Assembly: GCA_021789215.1 (NCBI GenBank) | Contig: JAJYJS010000003.1 | Span: 49,828-113,827 of the forward strand | Source of the DNA: Nitrospirota bacterium | GTDB lineage: Bacteria; Nitrospirota; Thermodesulfovibrionia; Thermodesulfovibrionales; JdFR-88 | DNA: 64,000 nucleotides | Reading direction: 5' to 3' | Shown here: piece by piece, positions 47,584 through 55,906 of the stretch | Position numbering within the stretch: the first letter of the stretch is position 1 | How the letters are laid out: each line of letters opens with the position of its first letter | Position numbers and translations under genes: made by a program | The notes under the pieces: generated by a model | What the model was told of the DNA's origin: nothing | What the model saw: only the letters and a program-made list of their open reading frames with translations | The model's database searches: none

Positions 47584-50028
47584 ATGGATAAATTCATGAA
47601 GCACGCTTGCATGGTTGTCCTTGCGGCCGTCCTCCTGCTGGGGGCGGCGGGTATTTCTCGGGCGGAAGACGTAGATTGCCTGAGCTGCCACAAGGACATG
47701 GCCACGGGGAAGGACGTGCACCCCGCCGTATCCATGGGATGCACATCCTGCCACACCGGCGTGGACGCGACCCAGTTCCCGCACAAGTTCCAGGGCGACA
47801 AAGGTCTTTCAGCCGAGCCGCCGGATCTCTGCTTCGGCTGCCATGACAAGTCCAAGTTCACAGGCAAGGACGTTCACGCCCCCGTAAAAATGGGCATGTG
47901 CACGGCCTGCCATAACCCGCACAGGTCTGACAACAGAAAACTCCTTGTCTCGCTTCCACCGGACCTCTGCTTCGGCTGCCACAACAAGGAAAAGCTCACG
48001 GGCAAGCATATGGTGCACCCCCCGGTGGCCCAGGGGATGTGCACAAGCTGCCACAACCCCCATGCCTCCAATAACCCGAAGCTCCTCCTGGCGGAACCCC
48101 CGGACCTCTGCTTCAACTGCCACGACAAGGCGAAATTCAGCAAAAAAGACGTCCATCCGCCTGTTGCGGCGGGTATGTGCACAAGCTGCCACACCCCCCA
48201 TACAAGCGATAATAAGAGATTGCTGCTTGCGGAGCCGCCAAAGCTCTGCTTTACATGCCATGACGAGAAGAATTTTTCCGGCAAGGCCCATCAGCATCCG
48301 CCTGTTGCGGCGGGCATGTGCACCTCCTGCCATAACCCGCATTCAAGCGATAACGATAAGCTCCTGGCCGAGGCACCCCCGGCCCTGTGTTTCAACTGCC
48401 ATGATTCGAGCAAGTTCACCAAGGGCAAGAGCGTCCATCCGCCTGTTGCCGCCGGGATGTGCACAAACTGCCACGAGCCGCACCAGTCCGGACAGGACAA
48501 ACTCCTGAAGGCGGAGCCGCCGGAGCTCTGCTGGAACTGCCACGATAAAAACAGCCTAATGGCTGGCAAATTCCCGCACCCTCCGTTCGAGGCCGGGATG
48601 TGCCTGTCGTGCCACCAGCCGCACCGGTCGGATTCCGGAAAGCTGCTCGTCAAAGAGCCGCCGGAGCTGTGTTACGACTGCCACGACAAGTCCATGATGA
48701 AGGGCAAGGACCTTCACCCGCCCGTTGCCGCCGGGATGTGCACAAGCTGCCACAGCCCCCATGCGGGGAAGGCCCCCAAGGCGCTCCTTGAGGAGCCTCC
48801 GGCCCTCTGCTTTGGCTGCCATGACAAGGCCCAATTCTCGAAAAAGGACGTACATGCTCCCGTTGCCGCCGGGATGTGCACGAAATGCCACTTCCCGCAT
48901 GCGGGGGACTCAGACAAGCTGCTCAGGGCGGAGCCGCCAAAGCTCTGCTTCACCTGCCACGACAAAAACAAGTTTTCGGGCAAAAAGGATATTCACCCCC
49001 CGGTTGAGGCCGGGATGTGCACGACCTGCCATAACCCGCATTCAAGCGATACAAACAGGCTGCTGGCAAGCAATACGCCGGACCTCTGCTTCAATTGCCA
49101 CGACAAGAGCAAATTCACGATCGGCAATGCCGCGGCCAACGGGCCTTCCATTCATCCGCCCGTTGCCGCAGGGCTCTGCACCGGCTGCCACCAGCCGCAC
49201 CAGTCCGATACGGAAAAGCTGCTGAGGGCAGAGCCCCCGGACCTCTGCTTCAGATGCCATGACAAGAACATCATTATGGGCGGCAAGCACAAGCACCCGC
49301 CGGTCGAGGCCGGGATGTGCCTTTCCTGCCATCAGCCGCACAAGTCTGATGTCGCCAGAAAGCTCCTGGTGAAGAACCCTCCGGAGCTTTGTCTGGACTG
49401 CCATGACAAGGCGCTTGTTTCCGGCAAGAAGGACGTGCACCCGCCGGTTGCCGCGGGTCTTTGCACCTCCTGCCATAACCCGCACTCTTCGGCTTATCCC
49501 AAAATGCTGGTGCGGGATGTGCCCGAGCTGTGCTTTAAATGCCATGAAAAGGGCAAATTCACGGACATGAGGAGGATACACGGCCCGGCCAAGATAGGCA
49601 TGTGCCTTTTCTGCCACCAGCCGCACCAGTCGGAAAACAAGGGGCTCCTTCAAAAACCTGTGCCAGCGCTGTGCTTTACCTGCCACAGGCAGTCGCAGTT
49701 CACGCCGAGCCACCCGCATCCGCCGGTGCAGCAGGGCAAGTGCCTTGAGTGCCACGTGAAGCACTCCTCAAGGTATGCCTTCCTGTTGCAGAGGCCTGGA
49801 AACGAGACCTGCCGGAAATGCCACGCCGATATCTTCAACGGCCCCCACGCCGTTATGGTCATCGGCACAGGCCACCCGCTGAGCGGGCCGCGCGATCCCA
49901 GGAGACCGAACAGGCGGTTTGGATGCGCCAGCTGCCATAACCCGCACGGCTCCGAGAGCATGAAGATATTCAGGTACAAGGTCAAAAAAGACCCGTATGA
50001 GCTGTGCATCAACTGCCATCCAAAATAG
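47584..50028 (+). CDS. 33-heme (33 x CXXCH) multiheme cytochrome c composed of tandem doubled-CXXCH modules
   Basis: 814-aa ORF with a signal peptide (..GISRA/ED). I counted 33 CXXCH motifs by hand. There are 14 tandem 46-47-aa units between a 2-heme N-cap and a 3-heme C-cap. A TATAAT-like box at 47560-47565 lies upstream. Confidence 0.9.
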   Translation: MDKFMKHACMVVLAAVLLLGAAGISRAEDVDCLSCHKDMATGKDVHPAVSMGCTSCHTGVDATQFPHKFQGDKGLSAEPPDLCFGCHDKSKFTGKDVHAPVKMGMCTACHNPHRSDNRKLLVSLPPDLCFGCHNKEKLTGKHMVHPPVAQGMCTSCHNPHASNNPKLLLAEPPDLCFNCHDKAKFSKKDVHPPVAAGMCTSCHTPHTSDNKRLLLAEPPKLCFTCHDEKNFSGKAHQHPPVAAGMCTSCHNPHSSDNDKLLAEAPPALCFNCHDSSKFTKGKSVHPPVAAGMCTNCHEPHQSGQDKLLKAEPPELCWNCHDKNSLMAGKFPHPPFEAGMCLSCHQPHRSDSGKLLVKEPPELCYDCHDKSMMKGKDLHPPVAAGMCTSCHSPHAGKAPKALLEEPPALCFGCHDKAQFSKKDVHAPVAAGMCTKCHFPHAGDSDKLLRAEPPKLCFTCHDKNKFSGKKDIHPPVEAGMCTTCHNPHSSDTNRLLASNTPDLCFNCHDKSKFTIGNAAANGPSIHPPVAAGLCTGCHQPHQSDTEKLLRAEPPDLCFRCHDKNIIMGGKHKHPPVEAGMCLSCHQPHKSDVARKLLVKNPPELCLDCHDKALVSGKKDVHPPVAAGLCTSCHNPHSSAYPKMLVRDVPELCFKCHEKGKFTDMRRIHGPAKIGMCLFCHQPHQSENKGLLQKPVPALCFTCHRQSQFTPSHPHPPVQQGKCLECHVKHSSRYAFLLQRPGNETCRKCHADIFNGPHAVMVIGTGHPLSGPRDPRRPNRRFGCASCHNPHGSESMKIFRYKVKKDPYELCINCHPK
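47815..49755 (+). repeat. Intragenic tandem repeat array (about 138-141-nt period, 14 units) encoding the doubled-CXXCH modules
   Basis: The 15-mer ccggacctctgcttc recurs exactly at 47959, 48100, 49078 and 49237, with one mismatch at 47821. It occurs again at 50291 and 50430 in the downstream paralogue. Confidence 0.85.
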
Positions 50029-50071
50029 ACTGGTCCACTTTTCAATGCAATTGCAAAAGGAGTTTTGAGAG

Positions 50072-50794
50072 ATGAGGATTTCAGCTGTTGTGGTCATTTT
50101 CATGACACTCTGCCTTGCGGGGGTCTCCCGCGCGGCGGAGGTCGACTGCGTTTCATGCCACAAGGATTTGACCGAGGGGAAGACCGTCCACCCGGCCGTG
50201 ATGATGGGTTGCGCCGTCTGCCACACAGGCGTGGACGCAACCAAGGTGCCCCACAAGTTCACCGGCAAGCTGGGTCTGGCCGCTGAGCCGCCGGACCTCT
50301 GCTTCAATTGCCATAAGCGCGAGGACTTTATCGCCGCTGACGTCCACCCTCCGGTGAGCATGGGCATGTGCACCTCCTGCCATAACCCCCACAGGTCAGA
50401 CCAGCCGAAACTCCTCATAGCGCCAATACCGGACCTCTGCTTCAACTGCCATGAAAAGCAGGAGTTCACTAAAAAAGACGTCCACGCGCCGGTCAAGGCC
50501 GGCCAATGCCTGAAATGCCATATGCCGCATGTCAGCCCGAATTCCAAGCTGCTCCAGAAAAAGGGCGTCTTCCTGTGCAGGCAATGTCATGCTAACATTG
50601 AGAGGCAGGTCCATGTTGTAGCGGGTTTCTCCTCCGCGGGCCATCCGCTCAAGGGCAAACAGGACCCCCTCAGGAAGGGCAAGCCTTTTGAATGCCTGAG
50701 TTGCCACGTGCCGCATTCCTCGGACTGGGGAAGGCTGTTCAGGTACAAGGCCAACGATGCATTCGGTTTGTGCAACTACTGTCATAAATTTTAG
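50072..50794 (+). CDS. Nonaheme cytochrome c, short paralogue of the 33-heme protein
   Basis: Signal peptide (..GVSRA/AE) and 9 CXXCH motifs. The N-cap and C-cap align with those of the 33-heme protein, with only 2 internal doubled units. An AAGGAG RBS is present, and the gene starts 43 nt after the upstream stop. Confidence 0.9.
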   Translation: MRISAVVVIFMTLCLAGVSRAAEVDCVSCHKDLTEGKTVHPAVMMGCAVCHTGVDATKVPHKFTGKLGLAAEPPDLCFNCHKREDFIAADVHPPVSMGMCTSCHNPHRSDQPKLLIAPIPDLCFNCHEKQEFTKKDVHAPVKAGQCLKCHMPHVSPNSKLLQKKGVFLCRQCHANIERQVHVVAGFSSAGHPLKGKQDPLRKGKPFECLSCHVPHSSDWGRLFRYKANDAFGLCNYCHKF

Positions 50795-50808
50795 TTTTTA
50801 GGGAAGGT

Positions 50809-51330
50809 ATGACCTCACTGAAGGTCTTTTTCTTATCGGCGGCGATGGCTTTTGCCGTGTTTTGCTCCGGGACGGCCATGGCCGCCGGCAAGACGGATTT
50901 CGAGCTTGGCGTGGCGGGCGGGGCAAGCCTGAACGGCATCAAGACCACCCAGTTCATGGTGCTTGGGGCTTGGTCGCGGACCCTGTATCCGGACCTGCTG
51001 CTGAGGGCGGAGCCGACTTTTGAGGTGCTCTCCTCTGATGAAAACACCCTGTATGTGGGCGGGGCATCCCTTGTACTGAGGGCGCTCGCCCCGTACAAGA
51101 CCGTTACGCCGTTCGTTGACATGGGGGCCGGGCTGAACGCCACGTCTTCCAGCCATTTCGATAACCGGAGGCTTGGAGGGGATTTCCTCTTCGACCTGGT
51201 TCTGGGAGGCGGCGTCATCGTCAAGGACTTCAGCATCTCCTACCGGTACAGGCACCTCTCGAACGCTGGCATATTCAAGCTGAACGAGGGCGCGGACTCC
51301 TTCTACATACTCCTGGGCTACAGGCTCTGA
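50809..51330 (+). CDS. Small outer-membrane beta-barrel protein, PagL/acyloxyacyl-hydrolase-like
   Basis: Signal peptide (..GTAMA/AG) and an alternating amphipathic strand pattern. YRYRHLSNAG resembles the His-x-Ser motif of lipid A deacylase PagL-family barrels. The gene starts 14 nt after the 9-heme gene. Confidence 0.6.
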   Translation: MTSLKVFFLSAAMAFAVFCSGTAMAAGKTDFELGVAGGASLNGIKTTQFMVLGAWSRTLYPDLLLRAEPTFEVLSSDENTLYVGGASLVLRALAPYKTVTPFVDMGAGLNATSSSHFDNRRLGGDFLFDLVLGGGVIVKDFSISYRYRHLSNAGIFKLNEGADSFYILLGYRL

Positions 51331-51428
51331 GAACCGCCGCCCGTGGCCAGTCCCTTTAGGTTATAATAATCGAAACAAAACAGTTGAAAATTCATTTATA
51401 AAACATTTCATTGGGAGGTCTTTCCGTA

Positions 51429-52595
51429 ATGGTTAAGGTCGAGATGTCCTCAAGGGTGCGCCATCTTCCGCCCTATCTTTTCGCCGAGATAGACAGGCTC
51501 AAGCAGGAGGAGCTGAAAAAAGGCGTCGACATAATAGACCTGAGCATAGGCGACCCCGATATCCCCACGTCTTCCCATATAGTTGAATCACTGAGGAAGG
51601 CCGCGGGCAACAGCAGAAACCATCGTTATCCGTCCTATGAGGGGCTGCTTTCATTCAGGCAGGCGGTTGCGGACTGGTATAGAAAGCGCTTCGGAGTGGG
51701 GCTTGACGCAGGCTCCGAGGTGCTTTCGCTGATAGGCTCCAAGGAGGGCATAGGGCATATACCGCTTGCCTTCGTGGAGGGCGGGGATGTTGTGCTCTAT
51801 TCTTCTCCGGGTTATCCGGTCTATCCCGTGGGCACCATGTTTGCCGGTGCGGAAGGCCATCCGATGCCGCTTTTTGAGAAAAACGGCTTTCTGCCCGATT
51901 TCAGCGCCATACCCGCGGATATCCTTAAAAGGGCGAAACTGATGTTCATAAACTATCCCAACAACCCGACTTCGGCATCGGCTGGAAAGGATTTTTTCAG
52001 CCAGGTGGTGGAGTTCGCAAACAGGCACAACATAATAGTCTGCCATGACGCGGCCTATTCGGAGATTTACTATGACGGCAAAAGGCCCGCCAGCTTCCTG
52101 GAGGCTCCGGGGGCAAAGGAGGTTGGCATAGAGTTCCACTCCCTTTCAAAGACTTATAACATGACCGGCTGGAGGCTCGGGTTCGCCGTGGGGCACAGAG
52201 ATGTCATTGCCGGGCTTGGGAAGGTGAAGTCCAACCTGGACTCCGGCGTGTTCCAGGCCGTTCAGGAGGCGGGCATCACCGCGCTCGAAACCGGCGACGA
52301 TGTCCTTTCCGGCATCAGGGACACCTACCAGCAGAGGAGGGACGCGCTCTATGAGGGCCTGAAGGGCATAGGCCTCCACGCGATAAAGCCCGAGGCAACA
52401 TTCTATCTCTGGACGAAATGCCCTGAGGGTTTTGACTCCAGGGGGTTTGCAAGGCATATCCTCGAAAAATCCGGCGTGCTGGCCACCCCCGGCGTGGGCT
52501 TTGGCGCCCCCGGCGAGGGCTATATCCGCTTCGCCCTGACGGTAGATGTCAAAAGGATAAAAGAGGCCGTCGAGCGGATAAGAAAAGCCATATGA
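51429..52595 (+). CDS. dapL: LL-diaminopimelate aminotransferase-like class I aminotransferase
   Basis: HLPPYLFAEIDRLK, IIDLSIGDPD, YPNNPT and SLSKTYNMTGWRLG (PLP lysine) motifs. The ATG at 51429 lies behind a GGGAGG RBS. Confidence 0.7.
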   Translation: MVKVEMSSRVRHLPPYLFAEIDRLKQEELKKGVDIIDLSIGDPDIPTSSHIVESLRKAAGNSRNHRYPSYEGLLSFRQAVADWYRKRFGVGLDAGSEVLSLIGSKEGIGHIPLAFVEGGDVVLYSSPGYPVYPVGTMFAGAEGHPMPLFEKNGFLPDFSAIPADILKRAKLMFINYPNNPTSASAGKDFFSQVVEFANRHNIIVCHDAAYSEIYYDGKRPASFLEAPGAKEVGIEFHSLSKTYNMTGWRLGFAVGHRDVIAGLGKVKSNLDSGVFQAVQEAGITALETGDDVLSGIRDTYQQRRDALYEGLKGIGLHAIKPEATFYLWTKCPEGFDSRGFARHILEKSGVLATPGVGFGAPGEGYIRFALTVDVKRIKEAVERIRKAI

Positions 52596-52659
52596 ATCAC
52601 CTGCGGCTAGCCGTAGAGTATCCAAACTATTGAAACCTGTAATATTGATGCCTGTACTT

Positions 52660-52742
52660 GTCATTCCGGGCTTGACCCGGAATCCAGCGGCTTTATTTGC
52701 TTTTTGGGAAAGCCACTGGATACCGGCTTCCGCCGGCATGAC
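52660..52742. repeat. Composite palindromic intergenic element, family B, full copy
   Basis: GTCATTCCGGGcttgaCCCGGAATccagcggctttatttgctttttgggaaagccactggataCCGGCttccGCCGGcATGAC. It has nested hairpins and GTCAT/ATGAC termini. Confidence 0.7.
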
Positions 52743-52812
52743 ATACAAACCGCAAACATCAATGAACCCTGTGGCAAGCTGCAGGGGAATTTTAAGTTAA
52801 ATTTTGTTCTTC

Positions 52813-53271
52813 ATGGCGCTTGCCTCTATCGGGATAGGCTCCAACCTTGGCGGCAAAAAGGCAAACTGCCTTCGCGCGCTCCAGTTGCTCAAGGCAAAGG
52901 GCATCCAGATAAAAGCGGTCTCATCAGCCTGGGACACAAAACCCTGGGGCAGGCAAGAGCAGCCGGACTTCGTCAACATGGCGGCCGTTATCGAAACCGG
53001 CCTCAGCCCTGCCGGGCTTCTTGAAAAACTCCTGGAGACGGAAAACGAGATGGGGCGGGTCAGGACGGAGCGCTGGGGGCCCCGGATAATAGACCTGGAC
53101 CTGCTGCTCTACGGTGATGAGGTAATAGACACTCCCGCGCTCAAGGTCCCCCATCCCCTCATGCAGGAAAGGGAGTTCGTGCTGAGGCCGCTTGCGGAGA
53201 TAGCGCCGGACGCGGTGCATCCGGTGCTAAAAAAAACCATAAGAGAGCTGTTGGAGGCGCTGCGCGACTAG
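52813..53271 (+). CDS. folK: 2-amino-4-hydroxy-6-hydroxymethyldihydropteridine diphosphokinase (HPPK)
   Basis: IGIGSNLG, PDFVNMAA, ERWGPRIIDLDLLLYG, PHPLMQEREFVLRPL motifs. Confidence 0.85.
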   Translation: MALASIGIGSNLGGKKANCLRALQLLKAKGIQIKAVSSAWDTKPWGRQEQPDFVNMAAVIETGLSPAGLLEKLLETENEMGRVRTERWGPRIIDLDLLLYGDEVIDTPALKVPHPLMQEREFVLRPLAEIAPDAVHPVLKKTIRELLEALRD

Positions 53272-53299
53272 TGTAGGACCCGCCTCAAAATTGCTCTTT

Positions 53300-53361
53300 C
53301 CATCAGCGGCTTATTTGCCTTTTTGGGAAAGTCACTGGATGCCGGCTCCCGCCGGTATGAC
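53300..53361. repeat. Family B element, 5'-truncated copy, same orientation
   Basis: ccatcagcggcttatttgcctttttgggaaagtcactggatGCCGGctcccGCCGGtATGAC. It aligns with 52683-52742 with a few substitutions or indels. Confidence 0.7.
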
Positions 53362-53396
53362 AGACTTTCAACTAAATACCGGTTTTGAGATAAGTT

Positions 53397-55802
53397 CTAA
53401 TCCTTTTCCGCAACCTTCCCGATGCCCACTATCCTGTCGCCCTCTTCCAGGTCCATGAGCTTGACCCCCTGGGTGTTCCTGCCGATGATGGATATCCCCT
53501 CGGCGGGCATCCTTATGGTCTTTCCGGACTGGGTTATGAGCATCACCTCATCCTCGTCCCGCACTTTCATGAGCCCGACGGCGTTGCCGCCCTTGTCGGT
53601 GACCTTTATCGAGATAACGCCTTTGCCGCCCCTGCCCTGCACGGGATAGTCCTCTATGCGGGAGCGCTTGCCGAGTCCCTTTTCCGTTATGGTGAGGAGG
53701 AGGTTTTTCTCCTCCACCATGTCGGCGGAGACTACCTCGTCGTCCTTTGTGAGCCTTATGCCTATGACCCCCTTTGCCGTCCTGCCCATCGGACGCACGT
53801 CCTCCTCGTTAAATCTTATCGAAAGGCCCTTCATCGTGCCGATTATGAGGTCGTTCGTGCCGGAGGTGCGCTTCACGGAGATAAGCTCGTCTGCCTCGTC
53901 GAGCGAGATGGCGATTATGCCTTTCCCGCGCGGGTTGCTGTATTCGGAAAGCGGGGTCTTCTTTACGGTGCCTTTCTTGGTAAAGAAGACGAGGTTGCCT
54001 TCCTTGAACTCCCTTACGGGAAGCGCGGTGCTCACACGCTCGCCCTCAGAAAGCGCAAGCAGGTTCACAATGGCCTTGCCCTTGGCCGCCCTCCCGGCCT
54101 CCGGTATCTGGTAAATCTTGAGCCAGTAGAGCCTGCCCAGGTTTGTGAAGAAGAGCATGTAGTCGTGAGTGGAGCCTATGAAGAGCTGCTCCACGTAGTC
54201 CTCCTCGCGCGTCTCCATGCCGATAAGTCCCTTGCCGCCCCTGCGCTGGCTGCGGTAGGCCGATATGGGGTTGCGCTTTATGTAGCCGTTGTGGGATATG
54301 GTGATGACCATCTCCTCCTCGGAGATGAGGTCTTCCATCGTGATGTCCTTCGTGGCCTGGGTTATGTCCGTGCGCCGCTCGTCGCTGTATTTCTCTTTTA
54401 TCTCAAGGAGCTCCTCCTTGATAATCTGTTTCTGGAGCGTCTCGCTGGCAAGGATGTCCTTAAGGTGCGCTATCTCACGTAACGTCTCCTCGTACTCCAA
54501 GATTATCTTCTCGCGCTCAAGGCCGGTGAGCCGCTGCAATTTCATGTCGAGGATGGCCTGCGCCTGTATCTCCGTCATGGAGTAATTTTCCATGAGGCCC
54601 TGCCTGGCCTCCTCCGGGTTCCCGGCGGCGCGGATGAGGGCTATTACCTCGTCAAGGTGCTCGATGGCTATCTTGAGCCCTTCGAGTATGTGGGCCCTCT
54701 CCTCGGCCTTCTTCAGCTCGAACCGGGTGCGCCGGATGACAACGTCCCGCCTGTGCTGGAGGAAGTAGTTCAGCATCCTCTTAAGGCTCAGCACGCGCGG
54801 CTGCCCGCCCACCAGCGAGAGCATGATTACGCCGAAGGTGGACTCCATCTGCGTGTGCTTGTAGAGGTTATTGAGCACCACCTCGGACATCTCCCCGCGC
54901 TTCAGTTCCACTACTATGCGGATGCCGTCCCTGTCGGACTCGTCCCTCAGGTCCGACACGCCCTCGATGCGTTTTTCGCGCACAAGTTCCGCTATCTTCT
55001 TTATGAGGCTGGACTTGTTCACCTGATAAGGTATCTCGGTGATGATTATGTTCTCGCCGCCCTTGTGCTCCCTCTCGATGCGGGCCTTCGCCCTGACCCT
55101 TATGAGCCCCCTGCCGTTTGTGTAGGCGTTCACTATGCCCTCTGTGCCATGTATCACGCCCCCGGTGGGGAAGTCCGGCCCCTTGATGGCCGTCAAGAGT
55201 TCCGGCACCTGCACGTCCGGGTTTTCAAGCACCATCACAAGCCCGTCCACGACCTCCGCAAGGTTATGGGGCGGAATGTTGGTGGCCATGCCCACGGCTA
55301 TGCCTGCCGAGCCGTTTACAAGCAGGTTCGGCACCCTTGTGGGCAGAACGGCCGGTTCGGTCGTGGTCTCGTCGAAGTTCGGGATGAAATCGACCGTGTC
55401 TTTATCTATGTCCCTTAAAAGCTCCTCGGCTATCTTTGAAAGCCTGGCCTCTGTGTACCTGTATGCGGCGGCGGGGTCTCCGTCTATGGAGCCGTAGTTG
55501 CCCTGGCCGTCTATCAATGGGGCGCGCATGTTGAAGTCCTGCGCCAGCCTGACCATCGCGTCGTAAACGGCGGAGTCGCCGTGCGGGTGATATTTTTTCA
55601 GCACCTCGCCCACGACACCGGCGGATTTGGAGTACTTGCGGTTGGGCAGGAGGCCCTCCCGGAACATGGCGTAGAGGATCCTTCTCTGAACGGGTTTGAG
55701 GCCGTCCCTTACCTCTGGCAGCGCACGCCCGATGATCACGCTCATGGCGTAATCGAGATAAGAGACCTTCATCTCCTCTTCTATGTTTACCTGCATCTTC
55801 AT
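53397..55802 (-). CDS. gyrA: DNA gyrase subunit A
   Basis: 801-aa ORF with [29 protein letters not shown], the active-site Tyr context [11 protein letters not shown] and C-terminal beta-pinwheel repeats. Confidence 0.95.
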   Translation of the reverse strand: MKMQVNIEEEMKVSYLDYAMSVIIGRALPEVRDGLKPVQRRILYAMFREGLLPNRKYSKSAGVVGEVLKKYHPHGDSAVYDAMVRLAQDFNMRAPLIDGQGNYGSIDGDPAAAYRYTEARLSKIAEELLRDIDKDTVDFIPNFDETTTEPAVLPTRVPNLLVNGSAGIAVGMATNIPPHNLAEVVDGLVMVLENPDVQVPELLTAIKGPDFPTGGVIHGTEGIVNAYTNGRGLIRVRAKARIEREHKGGENIIITEIPYQVNKSSLIKKIAELVREKRIEGVSDLRDESDRDGIRIVVELKRGEMSEVVLNNLYKHTQMESTFGVIMLSLVGGQPRVLSLKRMLNYFLQHRRDVVIRRTRFELKKAEERAHILEGLKIAIEHLDEVIALIRAAGNPEEARQGLMENYSMTEIQAQAILDMKLQRLTGLEREKIILEYEETLREIAHLKDILASETLQKQIIKEELLEIKEKYSDERRTDITQATKDITMEDLISEEEMVITISHNGYIKRNPISAYRSQRRGGKGLIGMETREEDYVEQLFIGSTHDYMLFFTNLGRLYWLKIYQIPEAGRAAKGKAIVNLLALSEGERVSTALPVREFKEGNLVFFTKKGTVKKTPLSEYSNPRGKGIIAISLDEADELISVKRTSGTNDLIIGTMKGLSIRFNEEDVRPMGRTAKGVIGIRLTKDDEVVSADMVEEKNLLLTITEKGLGKRSRIEDYPVQGRGGKGVISIKVTDKGGNAVGLMKVRDEDEVMLITQSGKTIRMPAEGISIIGRNTQGVKLMDLEEGDRIVGIGKVAEKD

Positions 55803-55906
55803 GAGAAATCCCCCTTAAAAAATAAAGGACAGCACTAAACTATGTATTTTAACATATTTTTTGGGGCCGGGCCTGGTTAAGGGGAGGAAAAAACAGGCTG
55901 CTGACC

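Noticed and set aside
47815-49755. Regular periodicity of about 140 nt that could superficially suggest a CRISPR or satellite array
   Set aside because: The repeats lie in-frame inside one long ORF and encode conserved heme-binding modules. There is no repeat/unique-spacer alternation and there are no cas genes.
47809-50547. Series of minus-strand ORFs (for example 47809-48342, 49042-49764, 49768-50547) with their own internal repeats
   Set aside because: They are antisense translations of the cytochrome repeat array. Their periodicity simply mirrors the plus-strand CXXCH units.
52146-52748. 200-aa minus-strand ORF beginning MYVMPAEAGIQWLSQKA
   Set aside because: Its N-terminus is a translation of the family B palindromic repeat, and the rest is antisense to the aminotransferase gene.
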